A stretch of 32,000 nt of DNA from Desulfocapsa sulfexigens DSM 10523 (GCF_000341395.1 NC_020304.1:3150001-3182000), one strand, 5' to 3'; shown: positions 8,886 to 18,395, numbered from the stretch's first letter. Notes: generated by a model not told the origin, from the sequence alone. A program made the numbers and translations.

Positions 8886-9854
8886 ATGAAAGGATTTAAA
8901 GTTGGAACGCTTTTCTGGGTTATTGCCCTGCTCTTTTTGGGTGCTGTGAGTACCTATGCGCAAACCTATAAGGTGGCTGTCTCACAAATTGTCGAACACC
9001 CGGCACTCGATGCTACGCGGCAGGGACTCCTTGACGGTTTAAAAGCAAAAGGATTTGAAGAGGGAATAAATCTTGAATTTATTTATCAGACTGCTCAAGG
9101 CAATCCTGCCATAGCGGTACAGATTGCAAAGCAGTTTGTTGGTGAAAAACCTGATGTTCTTGTAGGTATTGCAACCCCGACAGCTCAGGCACTTGTTGCC
9201 TCCACCAGAACCATCCCCATTGTTTTTACCGCCGTAACCGATCCCGTTGGAGCAAAACTTGTTAAAAACATTGAGAGACCGGAAGGGAATGTGACAGGTC
9301 TTTCTGATTTGGCTCCTGTTTCTCAACATGTTGATCTGATGCAGGAGCTTGTTTCAGACCTCAAGGTAATAGGAGTTGTGTATAACCCGGGTGAGGCCAA
9401 TGCTGTATCAGCTATTGAGTTATTGAAAAGCGCAGCCTCCAAGAAAAATCTCCAGGTTATTGAGGCTACTGCTTTAAAAAGCAGTGACGTTCAGGCGGCT
9501 GCCAGAATTATTGCTTCAAAAGTCCAGGTAATCTACGCACCGGTAGATAATACCATTGCCAGTGCAATTGATGCCCTGGTTGGTGTTTGTAACCAGGCTA
9601 AAATTCCTGTTGTTGGAGGTTCTACCTCATTTGTTGAAAGCGGTGCCGTTGCATCTTTGGGCTTTGATTACTATCAGGTTGGACTGCAGACTGCTGATTA
9701 TGTGGAAGCCATACTGAATGGCAAAGCAATATCTGAAATTCCCGTTTCTTTTGCCAAGGGATCTGATCTTTTCCTTAATCTCAAGGCGGCAGAAAGTTTG
9801 GGTATAATTATTCCTGCCTCAATGCTGGAGCGGGCAACAAACCTGAAAAAATAA
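8886..9854 (+). CDS. ABC transporter substrate-binding protein (ABC_sub_bind, PF04392-like)
   Basis: Signal peptide (MKGFKVGTLFWVIALLFLGAVSTYAQ) then YKVAVSQIVEHPALDATRQGLLDGLKAKGF...PIVFTAVTDPVGAKLV...GVVYNPGEANA. ATG at 8886 follows GAAGAGGG; the track's TTG at 8868 is less likely. Confidence 0.9.
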   Translation: MKGFKVGTLFWVIALLFLGAVSTYAQTYKVAVSQIVEHPALDATRQGLLDGLKAKGFEEGINLEFIYQTAQGNPAIAVQIAKQFVGEKPDVLVGIATPTAQALVASTRTIPIVFTAVTDPVGAKLVKNIERPEGNVTGLSDLAPVSQHVDLMQELVSDLKVIGVVYNPGEANAVSAIELLKSAASKKNLQVIEATALKSSDVQAAARIIASKVQVIYAPVDNTIASAIDALVGVCNQAKIPVVGGSTSFVESGAVASLGFDYYQVGLQTADYVEAILNGKAISEIPVSFAKGSDLFLNLKAAESLGIIIPASMLERATNLKK

Positions 9855-9874
9855 TTTGAGTCGGGCTTTATCAG

Positions 9875-10780
9875 ATGTCACTTTTTGCATTTCTCGGTAC
9901 CCTTGAAATCGGCCTTATTTATGGTCTGGTTGCCCTTGGTGTTTTTCTGACGTTTAGAATTCTTGACTTTCCAGATCTGACCGTTGATGGAAGCTTCCCC
10001 ATGGGTGGTGCCGTAGCTGCAACTGCCATTATTGCAGGGGTAAATCCCTGGCTTGCGACCATCCTCGCCATGGCTTGTGGTGCTCTGTGTGGTCTGGTTA
10101 CAGCCTTTCTAGCAGTGCGTTGTGGAATATTGCATCTTCTGGCATCCATCCTGACAATGATAGCTGCCTTTTCTGTGAATATCAGAATTATGGGGCGCCC
10201 CAATATTGCGCTTCTTGGAGAGGCTACCATTTTCACTCCCTTTGAACAGGGGATATTTGACCAGCTTCACGTTCACCTCGCCATAGTATTTCTCCTGGTT
10301 CTCTTTTCAGCACTTTTTATTATTCGTCTTCTCACAAGTGATTTTGGCCTCGGCCTCAGGGCAACTGGTGTAAATGACCGTATGGTCGCAGCACAGGGTG
10401 GAAATATAGGATTTTTTACCTATTTTGGTTTGGCACTCTCCAATGGCTTTGTCGGTTTTGCTGGGGCTCTTTTTGCTCAGAGTAATTCATTCGCCGATGT
10501 GACCTCGGGAGTTGGTACCATTGTCGTTGGACTTGCTGCCGTTATCCTGGGGCAAACCCTACTCACAGGAAACCGTATTTGGATAGCTGTTGTTGCCGTC
10601 ATTGTCGGTTCAATTCTCTATCGACTCGCTGTTGCCTTCGCTCTCAGCAGCGGTATGTTTGGTATGCAGGCATCGGATCTTAATCTCGTCACTGCAGCCC
10701 TGGTGGCAATAGCCCTAATTGCGCCAAAGATGAAAGGGAAAATCCGATTTGGATCGTTGAGGGGACCTAGCACTACATGA
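9875..10780 (+). CDS. ABC transporter permease
   Basis: Polytopic hydrophobic protein; IYGLVALGVFLTFRILDFPDLTVDGSFPMGGAVAA...GLRATGVNDRMVAAQGGN. Position between the substrate-binding and ATPase genes. Confidence 0.9.
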   Translation: MSLFAFLGTLEIGLIYGLVALGVFLTFRILDFPDLTVDGSFPMGGAVAATAIIAGVNPWLATILAMACGALCGLVTAFLAVRCGILHLLASILTMIAAFSVNIRIMGRPNIALLGEATIFTPFEQGIFDQLHVHLAIVFLLVLFSALFIIRLLTSDFGLGLRATGVNDRMVAAQGGNIGFFTYFGLALSNGFVGFAGALFAQSNSFADVTSGVGTIVVGLAAVILGQTLLTGNRIWIAVVAVIVGSILYRLAVAFALSSGMFGMQASDLNLVTAALVAIALIAPKMKGKIRFGSLRGPSTT

Positions 10781-11571
10781 TTACTCTTCAAAAGATCCGT
10801 GTAACCTTTAATGCTGGTACGATTCTTGAGAACAGGGCGTTGCGTAATGTTTCTCTCGCAATTCCAGAAGGGCAGTTTGTGACCATTATTGGATCAAATG
10901 GTGCTGGAAAATCAACCCTCCTTGGTGCAGTAAGTGGTGAAACAGCCATATCTCAGGGAAGTGTCGCCATAGGTGACGTTGATGTGACCAGATGGCCAGT
11001 ACATAAACGGGCAAAATTTGCCGCCAGGGTATTTCAAAACCCCCTTGCTGGAACCTGTGCAACCTTAAGTATTGAAGAAAACATGGCGCTTGCCTATAAA
11101 CGAGGGAAACAACGTGGCTGGCATCTGGCCCTGTCATCAAACCGTAGAAAGATTTTCCAGGATCGAATTTCCATTCTTGGTCTCGGCCTGGAAGACCGTC
11201 TAAGTGATTCCATCGGTCTGCTTTCAGGTGGACAGAGACAGGCGGTCAGTCTGGTTATGGCGACCCTCAGTGACAGTCATCTTCTCCTTCTGGATGAACA
11301 TACCGCAGCACTTGATCCACGTATGGCAGCCTTTGTACTCGAACTTACCAACAAGGTGGTTAAGGAGTTTTCGCTTACCGTGATGATGGTGACTCATTCG
11401 ATGAAAGATGCTCTTGCCAGTGGAGATCGAACCATCATGCTCCATCAGGGGGAGGTGGTTTTTGATGTTGCAGGCGATGAGAGAAAAAAACTCGATGTCC
11501 CTCAATTGCTCGAAATGTTTAGTCGTGTTCGCAATGAAGAACTCTCCGACGACAGCCTTCTGCTGGGTTGA
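10777..11571 (+). CDS. ABC transporter ATP-binding protein
   Basis: Walker A IIGSNGAGKSTLL, signature LSGGQRQAVSLVMA, Walker B LLLLDEHTAALDP; translationally coupled (ATGA) to the permease. Confidence 0.94.
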   Translation: MITLQKIRVTFNAGTILENRALRNVSLAIPEGQFVTIIGSNGAGKSTLLGAVSGETAISQGSVAIGDVDVTRWPVHKRAKFAARVFQNPLAGTCATLSIEENMALAYKRGKQRGWHLALSSNRRKIFQDRISILGLGLEDRLSDSIGLLSGGQRQAVSLVMATLSDSHLLLLDEHTAALDPRMAAFVLELTNKVVKEFSLTVMMVTHSMKDALASGDRTIMLHQGEVVFDVAGDERKKLDVPQLLEMFSRVRNEELSDDSLLLG

Positions 11572-11682
11572 GAAAAAAACGCTTATGGCAATGATATTAC
11601 AGCAAACCATGCTATAATAATTCATCTATTGTCGCCTGTTTAATACAAGTATCAGTCACGAAGGAATAGAGGTCCAATCACG

Positions 11683-13203
11683 TTGTTTGAAACCATTTCC
11701 ACTCCTAAGTTTATATCTTTTCTCCTTATAGCCGCAGGTGCCTCCCTTCTGTTTGTCGCCATTATTACCGGGATGCGGTTAAAAAGAAAACTGCCGCTTT
11801 CCCTCCAATACAAGTGGCTGCTTCTGATCTGGCTGATGGCTTTTTTCTTCTGTGGTCATCTTTTCTTTGCCTGGCTTCTCTGGCACGACTTTGCCTTTCC
11901 TCATATACTTATAGCAGCCTCCATCTTTTTTGGAGGAACCTTTGCTCTGTTTCTTATTGCCCTGACCAGAGCAAGTGCCAGAGCTTTCTGGGAAAGTAAG
12001 ACAAAATTGAAGGAGGCCAGTGCAACACTTAAAATTAAAAATAGTATGCTCGACAGGGAGATCACTGCTCATTCAAAGACAGAAGCAGAACTTGAGAGGT
12101 CCAATACCCTCTTTTTAAAAGATCTCTTTGAGATGATGGTGGAAGTTCTCGCAAATCGGGATCAGTATACCTTTGACCATGCCATCCACGTTGCCGCTCT
12201 TTCAAAAATCGTCGGTGAAGAAATCGGTCTTGATAAAGAAGAGCTTGAAATCCTTGAACTTGGATGTCTGGTCCATGATATTGGGAAAACTGCTATACCA
12301 GATGATATTCTTTTAAAACCTGATCGTTTTGATTTTCAGGATAGAAAAATCATGGATTATCATCCGTTAATTGGTGCTAAGCTCATCAGCAGACATATCC
12401 AGGATGACAGAATTACCGATATTATTCTGAAACACCATGAACGACTCGATGGAAGTGGCTACCCTTTTGGCCTTAAAGGTCCAGAAATCGGGTTATTGCC
12501 ACGTATTGTCGGAGTAGCAGATACCTACGATGCTCTTGTGAGTCTGCGCCCTTATAAGACACCTTTTTCTCACAAAAAGGCCATGGCTGTTCTCAAAGAT
12601 GAGGCGAAGAGTGGAAAGCTTGACAGTAATGTGGTGAAGGTCTTTGGTAAGGTCATCAAAAGCCATAAACAGTCACTGGCTACGCACCCAATTACTGCAG
12701 GCTTCATGAAGGACATAGAGTTGTTCCGAAGTCGAGCCTATTTTCGGGAGCCTCTGAGTGATTTTTACAACTATCGCTACCTGCTTTCACTGGATGATGC
12801 CAGACTTCTGGCGAAAGAATATCTCGCCTATGACCTTATCCTGATACGTTTCCCTGATTTCAACAGCTTGCAGGTGGATATAGGGTATGCCGTGGCTGAT
12901 CAGGTTGCTGATGAATTAGGGCACAATCTTCTCGAAATTATTACCACAATCAGTCGTACAAGAAAATACTATGATGGCTCGGTAATGCTTTTTAAAAAAG
13001 GCCTGGATTATCTTGTCTATTCAGAATGTGAAGAACCATACAATCATGAAGAGTTACTGGAAAATGTTACAGGGATATTAGATCAGGCAGAAACTGACTG
13101 GCACCTGGTCTACACAATTTCCTCCCATCAGTTTACCCCAGGGACTCCGATTGTCCAGGCAATCTGTCGTCTTTTCAGTGAAACTGTCTCACAAAAAAGT
13201 TAA
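11683..13203 (+). CDS. Membrane-anchored HD-GYP domain protein (putative c-di-GMP phosphodiesterase)
   Basis: N-terminal TM segments, then HAIHVAALSKIVGEEIG...CLVHDIGKTAIPDDILLKP...ILKHHERLDGSGYPFGLKG...VADTYDALVSLRPYK (HD and GYP motifs). TTG start. Confidence 0.87.
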   Translation: MFETISTPKFISFLLIAAGASLLFVAIITGMRLKRKLPLSLQYKWLLLIWLMAFFFCGHLFFAWLLWHDFAFPHILIAASIFFGGTFALFLIALTRASARAFWESKTKLKEASATLKIKNSMLDREITAHSKTEAELERSNTLFLKDLFEMMVEVLANRDQYTFDHAIHVAALSKIVGEEIGLDKEELEILELGCLVHDIGKTAIPDDILLKPDRFDFQDRKIMDYHPLIGAKLISRHIQDDRITDIILKHHERLDGSGYPFGLKGPEIGLLPRIVGVADTYDALVSLRPYKTPFSHKKAMAVLKDEAKSGKLDSNVVKVFGKVIKSHKQSLATHPITAGFMKDIELFRSRAYFREPLSDFYNYRYLLSLDDARLLAKEYLAYDLILIRFPDFNSLQVDIGYAVADQVADELGHNLLEIITTISRTRKYYDGSVMLFKKGLDYLVYSECEEPYNHEELLENVTGILDQAETDWHLVYTISSHQFTPGTPIVQAICRLFSETVSQKS

Positions 13204-13413
13204 AATGATAAATTTGTAAAAGTTTAGATCGAATTTGTCAGTTTGAGCAACACGACGTGAGAGAACCTGACACTCACAGTAGGTATATAATTATTAAGGA
13301 TTACATGAAACTGTTGATCTTATCACTGGCTATTAACGACAGATGAGTAGAAATAGAAAGGGGCAGAATCAAATGAATGATCCTGCCCTTGAAGAAGCTT
13401 TTCAGGGTACGTG

Positions 13414-14116
13414 TTACTTTTTCATCTTACGAAGTCTAAAGCCTACAAGTCCAACTAAACCTGTTCCGAAGAGGAGCATCGTTGCAGGTTCAGAGACTGG
13501 GTCTGCGAAATCACCCTGAGCATTCATTGAAATATTAGGAGCATTGTACAATCTGCTGACCCAAGTGCCTCCAAAATCGTCTCTAACATTAAACCAGTAC
13601 GCCCATTCAGGGGAAGCATTTACACGCCAGTGTTATTTTATACGATACGTTTGCCGCCATTTCAAGAGAACGGGCAGCAGTTACATTGTAACCAGCACCA
13701 GCTCCGTATGAAGTTGACCCAATAGTAACTGTATCTGTAGTATAAGTATCATCTATGAAAATTGTATGACCATCATTACCTCCAGCTGCGAAAATTACAT
13801 TTTGATCCACAGACGACATAATGTAAGTTGTAAAAATATGGATATTATGACCATCCTCAGAGCCTAGTGTTGCAAAACTGTCATTAGCAGGAGACCATGG
13901 GCCGTTGTCTCCAGTAACATAGCCTTTAAACCCAACACTTGGAAATTGGCTTACATCTGTGAAGTAGTAACTGCTACTGTATGAGCCAAGATCATAGTAG
14001 TAGTAAGACCAATAGTTATCATAAGATGTGTGGGATGGGGTCGGACCAAGCCAATTGCCTGACTTGACAAGATAAAGGAATGAAAAACAGGCTGTATTTT
14101 TCCTTAAACACATCAT
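13414..14116 (-). pseudogene. PEP-CTERM sorting-signal protein, frameshifted and probably 5'-truncated
   Basis: Minus-strand ORF 14116..13607 ends ...MAANVSYKITLACKCFP*. A neighbouring frame continues WRVNASPEWAYWFNVRDDFGGTWVSRLYNAPNISMNAQGDFADPVSEPATMLLFGTGLVGLVGFRLRKMKK* (stop at 13414-13416), a classic SEP/PEP + TM + basic-tail sorting signal. Total length is 3n+1, so one base is out of frame. No convincing signal peptide at the visible N-terminus. Confidence 0.75.
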
Positions 14117-14119
14117 TTT

Positions 14120-14546
14120 ATAGGCAAAAATGGTTTTTTAAGGAGAATAACAGGAGACAGACAACATTTTATGCCTGTCCTTCAGCAAAAATTCCGTCGC
14201 ACGCGACTTCTCAAGTGGCACACAGGAGATCTCCCAGGGTGAACACATGTCTTTCAGCACGTGAATGCCGGGTTTACGGATACGCCTTATAATGGATAGA
14301 GGACTTTATCTTGTTGTGCAGACTCGTCCCGACGCATACGCCTTATACCCGATTCCTGTTCGTCTTCCCGTGCCTTTGCAGTATCTGATGTTCGGATGTC
14401 CCCCTTCAGAAGCATTGTCACCAATGCTCCGTTGCCTACCGCTATACCCTTCGCCTCCATCTGGCTGGGTTTAAGACTTGCCAAGTATTTGATTATACGT
14501 TACACTTGACTCACTTTTAAGATCATGTGCCGTGCCCGGTACACAC
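14120..14546 (-). mobile_element. Truncated group II intron fragment (5' RNA domain region, no reverse transcriptase ORF)
   Basis: The minus strand reads GTGTGTACCGGGCACGGCAC... (GUGYG-like 5' end), then GGTAGGCAACGGAGCATTGGTGACAATGCTTCTGAAGGGGGACATCCGAAC..., then CACGTGCTGAAAGACATGTGTTCACCCTGGGAGATCTCCTGTGTGCCACTTGAGAAGTCGCGTGCGAC. That last stretch resembles, from memory, sequence just upstream of RT ORFs in bacterial group II introns. Boundaries approximate. Confidence 0.55.
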
Positions 14547-14686
14547 AAGCGGGTCAAGTGCGACGCGAAAAAGCGTCGCGCGACTGGCCCAAATCGTTGT
14601 GTCGACATAAAAAGTCCACATATCTCCCTATTTTTTTGGATATTTTAGAATTTTCTCTGTTCTGCTGACTACAAGGAGGATGAGTA

Positions 14687-15016
14687 ATGACAGATAAAAG
14701 TTGCCCAATAACCCCAGGGGTCCCGGATCTTTCAACCATAGAGACGGTTTCACTTAATCCAGAAAATACTCTCCAGAATTACCAGAAGGCCATGGTAATT
14801 GCCAAGGAACAAGCAGAACAGCGTTTAGAGGAGTACATGCTTATTTCCTGGTATGATCGAGACCGAGACTTCGAGTCACCTCCCAATACTACTGAAAAAT
14901 CTGATGATGGCCCAAAAGATGGCTATATCCACTACGGCCTGAACCATGGAGCAAAGCTTAAAGTCGATATCGAGAATGGCAGGTTTGTCTTTTTCTTTAC
15001 CCCGATTGAATGGTGA
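14687..15016 (+). CDS. Small conserved protein, AF1514-like (DUF5619-like)
   Basis: RBS-like CAAGGAGGATGAGTA before ATG. LISWYDRDRDFESP...DGYIHYGLNHGAKLKVDIENGRFVFFFTPIEW resembles the AF1514-like family (recalled, not searched). Confidence 0.65.
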   Translation: MTDKSCPITPGVPDLSTIETVSLNPENTLQNYQKAMVIAKEQAEQRLEEYMLISWYDRDRDFESPPNTTEKSDDGPKDGYIHYGLNHGAKLKVDIENGRFVFFFTPIEW

Positions 15017-15331
15017 GATGATAACTCCCGTTGATTAGTTCAGAGATGCCATGGACAATCACGAAAGCCTACAAAAATTTGCCGTTACTATAGACATCTC
15101 GAAGTTCTATAGTTTCATAAATTTCTAAACCATTACCTTATTCCTGTAGAGTCGAATTCCTTCACATTCTGCTTTTCCAATTGTCAGGTCAGGTGTCAAC
15201 AACAAATAATTTGTAGTTGTTCTTCCTCTTTATTTCCTCATTAGAGTAAAATACGCCTTAAATTCTTTAGTAACCAGATCATCAGATATTAGTACAAATT
15301 GGGTAATTCTCTGCCCGATATCAACCCGATT

Positions 15332-15353
15332 CCGACAGATGTCGGCTTTTTTT
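15332..15353 (+). terminator. Candidate Rho-independent terminator
   Basis: CCGAC-AGAT-GTCGG stem-loop followed by CTTTTTTT. Confidence 0.45.
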
Positions 15354-15451
15354 CTCCATTTAATCGTCCTACAGTGAAGATATACCCAGAGAGGATTCTA
15401 ATCTGACTGAATTACCTTAACGGTTGTAAACAACAAGTAGGAGGAGAGAGT

Positions 15452-16198
15452 ATGAAACTATTGAGAACAATAATTGGAGTAATAGTTCTGATCTGTAGTG
15501 TAAGTTTAGCTGGAAATTCTTTTGCTCAAAAATCCGGAAATCATGATGATGTGGAAATAGAAATAATTTCTAATCAACGTGGAAGCCTGGGGGACTTTTT
15601 CGCCTCAGGTAGGTGGACGGGAATTGAGCAGCAATATGTAATTTCCAGACATAATGAGCCCTATCGTCTCAGAGTGACCAACCATGGAAATAAGCGGGTT
15701 GGAGTTGTTATTGCGGTGGATGGGAGAAACATTCTTAGCGGGCATCCCTCAAATTTACAATCGAATGAGCACATGTGTATTCTGGAACCTGACCAATCAA
15801 AGTATTATGCAGGGTGGAATGTGGGGAGACACCAGATCAATGGATTTGTTTTTAACAATATGGACAATTTTGAACCAGGAAGAAGAAAACCCCAAAATGG
15901 TGTCGGCATAATTGCCCTTGCTGTATTTGACGAGCAGCATAGGGGGAGACAAGATAATTATGGCTACTGGAAAAACCGCAACGGATCTGTAAAACCTTAT
16001 GGTCGGGAGGCTCATTTTGTGCCAGGACATAGAGCAACTGCTAAGAATTTTATCAGGTATGAATCTCGTAACAGCCTGTGTAAAAAAGGGATGATTCAGT
16101 GCGGGCCAAAAAAACATAAGGATCATTTATTAAATGGCGGCCACAGAAATAACGGCTTTGTATCTTTTCCTCCCTTCAATTTTAAACTGAGGTTTTAA
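15452..16198 (+). CDS. Secreted/periplasmic protein of unknown function
   Basis: Strong RBS (AGGAGGAGAG), signal peptide MKLLRTIIGVIVLICSVSLAGNSFAQ. Internal RLRVTNHGNKRVGVVIAVDGRNILSG...NGVGIIALAVFDE looks like a conserved secreted domain. Confidence 0.8.
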   Translation: MKLLRTIIGVIVLICSVSLAGNSFAQKSGNHDDVEIEIISNQRGSLGDFFASGRWTGIEQQYVISRHNEPYRLRVTNHGNKRVGVVIAVDGRNILSGHPSNLQSNEHMCILEPDQSKYYAGWNVGRHQINGFVFNNMDNFEPGRRKPQNGVGIIALAVFDEQHRGRQDNYGYWKNRNGSVKPYGREAHFVPGHRATAKNFIRYESRNSLCKKGMIQCGPKKHKDHLLNGGHRNNGFVSFPPFNFKLRF

Positions 16199-16349
16199 CA
16201 TACAGAAAACACATGTTTCGAACAGACATGAGTTGATGTTGATAGGGTAAACCGTATCAACATACTTTCAGCAGGTCAGGTAGGGTGAAAACCGACCTGT
16301 TGAAAGTAAGGAATAGCATTAAGCCTAAAAAAAAGATTAAAAAACAATA

Positions 16350-17318
16350 CTACATAAGGCCAACTTCCCTGTAATACTTGACGGCTCCATCGTGCAAAGG
16401 AGCAGAAAGACCATTTTTTATCATATCTTCTTTTTTCAGGTTTGCAAAAGCAGGCTCTGACTTCCTGAATTGATCGAAGTTTTCAAATACTGCTTTGACA
16501 ACGTTATAGATTATATCAACAGGGACATCGGAGGAGGATACTAAGGTCGCATCGACGCCAAAGGTCGGGATGTCAGTATCAGTGCCACGGTACATTCCAC
16601 CAGGGACAATGGCTTTACGGTAATATTCGTTTTCAGCAACGAGTTTGTCAACCTCTGGCACTTCCACACTAACCATGACTGCGTCACAAAGTGTGCTAGC
16701 CTCTTTTATTGATTGATTTGGGTGGCCAACGGTAAAAACCATGGCATCCACTTTGTTTTCACAAAGGGCCTTGGACTGTTCAGAAGATCTGAGTTCTAAG
16801 GCGAGTTTGAAGTCTGCGTTGGTCCAGTTAACCGCATCCATAAGGGCCTCCATGGTGCCACGCTGCCCGGAACCGGGATTACCAATGTTTACACGTTTGC
16901 CTTTCAAGTCTTTAAAATCTTTGATTCCAGAATCAGAACGGGCCACAACGGTGAATGGTTCGGGGTATATGGAAAAAATCGTGCGCAACTTTGTGTTTGG
17001 TCCTTCCTTTTTGAATTTTGATGTTCCATTATATGCATGATTCAGCAGGTCAGACTGGGCAATACCCATGTCAAATTCTCCTGAAGCAATGGTGTTAAGA
17101 TTGTAGACCGATCCACCAGTACTCTCAGCCAGGCAATGAACCCCATGCTCCTTCCTCGATTTATTTACAAGACCGCAGATTGCTCTACCTGTTGGATAAT
17201 AAATACTGGTCATCCCTCCGGTACCAACGGTCACAAATTGCTGTTCTGCTGATGATGGGCTGGATGCGAGCGTGAGGGTGAATGTGCAACAAATGATTAT
17301 TCTGGATATACATTTCAT
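16350..17318 (-). CDS. TAXI-family TRAP transporter solute-binding protein
   Basis: Signal peptide, then QQFVTVGTGGMTSIYYPTGRAICGLVNKSRKEHGVHCLAESTGGSVYNLNTIASGEFDMGIAQSD...LKGKRVNIGNPGSGQRGT. Confidence 0.92.
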   Translation of the reverse strand: MKCISRIIICCTFTLTLASSPSSAEQQFVTVGTGGMTSIYYPTGRAICGLVNKSRKEHGVHCLAESTGGSVYNLNTIASGEFDMGIAQSDLLNHAYNGTSKFKKEGPNTKLRTIFSIYPEPFTVVARSDSGIKDFKDLKGKRVNIGNPGSGQRGTMEALMDAVNWTNADFKLALELRSSEQSKALCENKVDAMVFTVGHPNQSIKEASTLCDAVMVSVEVPEVDKLVAENEYYRKAIVPGGMYRGTDTDIPTFGVDATLVSSSDVPVDIIYNVVKAVFENFDQFRKSEPAFANLKKEDMIKNGLSAPLHDGAVKYYREVGLM

Positions 17319-17445
17319 TCGTGTTCTCCTGTAGAATGAACAATTCTACAGCCTAGTATACTTTGGGCTGGTCTTACTTTCAGCAGTTTAATACCGTTTG
17401 AAATTATTTTCAGGGAATTAAAACAGGAAAAGGAAGAGTGTTTTT

Positions 17446-18267
17446 TTAGCTAAGGAAATGAAGGAGTGGACCGTTACTCGGACTGATGGATACTGATCTT
17501 TCCTTGCCTGCTCTGATAATTCTGTCCATATATTCACCAGCCATCTGGAATGCAACAGCAGGTGTGTTCTCAAGAGAAAGGTAAGAAGCAAAGGCTGACG
17601 AGTAGGTGCATCCGGTGCCATGAAGATTGGGGTTGTGAAGACGCTGGCGTGTTGAAGCAACAACAGGTTCGTCGGGCTGGACAAGAAAATCACTGATAGT
17701 GGCCTCTGATTCTTCGATATGGCCACCCTTGACAAGAATTCCTTTCATATACGGGTATTGCTTTAATATATCCCTGGCACCTGCAATGGCTTCTTTAGTC
17801 GTTGTTGTTGATCGATTTGATAAAAGCTGCAACTCCATTCTGTTTGGGGTGAGATAGCTTACATTTGGTAGAAGTTTTTTTCTAATAGTGGTCACTGTTT
17901 TGCCCGTAAAAAGCTGTTCTCCGGTGGTTGATGCCAGGACAGGATCATAAATCACCTCACCTGTAAATGGATCGAGCAATTGGGCAAGACAATGAATGAT
18001 GGTATCATTTCCTGTCATTCCGATCTTAATATGCGTGACATTATGATCGTCAAAAACTGCCTTTACCTGTGCCTTAATATAATCAACGTTCAGAGGGTGT
18101 ATTGCAAGAACACCTTTGGCATTTTGCACCGTAAGACAGGTGATGGCCGTTGCGCCATATACCCCAATTGTGGTCATGGTTTTCAGGTCAGCCTGTATTC
18201 CTGCACCGCCTGAAGGGTCAGAACCGGCAATACTGAGGAGAGTGCGTTGAAGAAGCAACCAGACCAC
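17446..18267 (-). CDS. thiD: Hydroxymethylpyrimidine/phosphomethylpyrimidine kinase
   Basis: LSIAGSDPSGGAGIQADLKTMTTIGVYGATAITCLTVQN...KIGMTGN...DPVLAST...LTPNRMELQLL...NLHGTGCTYSSAFAS. Confidence 0.93.
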   Translation of the reverse strand: MVWLLLQRTLLSIAGSDPSGGAGIQADLKTMTTIGVYGATAITCLTVQNAKGVLAIHPLNVDYIKAQVKAVFDDHNVTHIKIGMTGNDTIIHCLAQLLDPFTGEVIYDPVLASTTGEQLFTGKTVTTIRKKLLPNVSYLTPNRMELQLLSNRSTTTTKEAIAGARDILKQYPYMKGILVKGGHIEESEATISDFLVQPDEPVVASTRQRLHNPNLHGTGCTYSSAFASYLSLENTPAVAFQMAGEYMDRIIRAGKERSVSISPSNGPLLHFLS

Positions 18268-18395
18268 CTTTAGTAAAGGATATTCTTATGTTCACAGAGT
18301 GTCATTCAGTCCCTTGCGAAATATAGTAAAATGCAATACTATTGCAAGGTTTCATCATGTAAATAATCAGAAAAACCCCTTGTGTCTCTTAGAAA

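Noticed and set aside
13607-13650. Programmed ribosomal frameshift in the PEP-CTERM gene.
   Set aside because: No slippery heptamer or obvious downstream stimulator at the switch point (ATAACACTGGCGTGTAAA), and the N-terminus also looks damaged; decay or sequencing error is more likely.
14287-14484. 65-aa minus-strand ORF MASLKPSQMEAKG...
   Set aside because: Lies entirely inside the proposed group II intron RNA fragment; no independent coding evidence.
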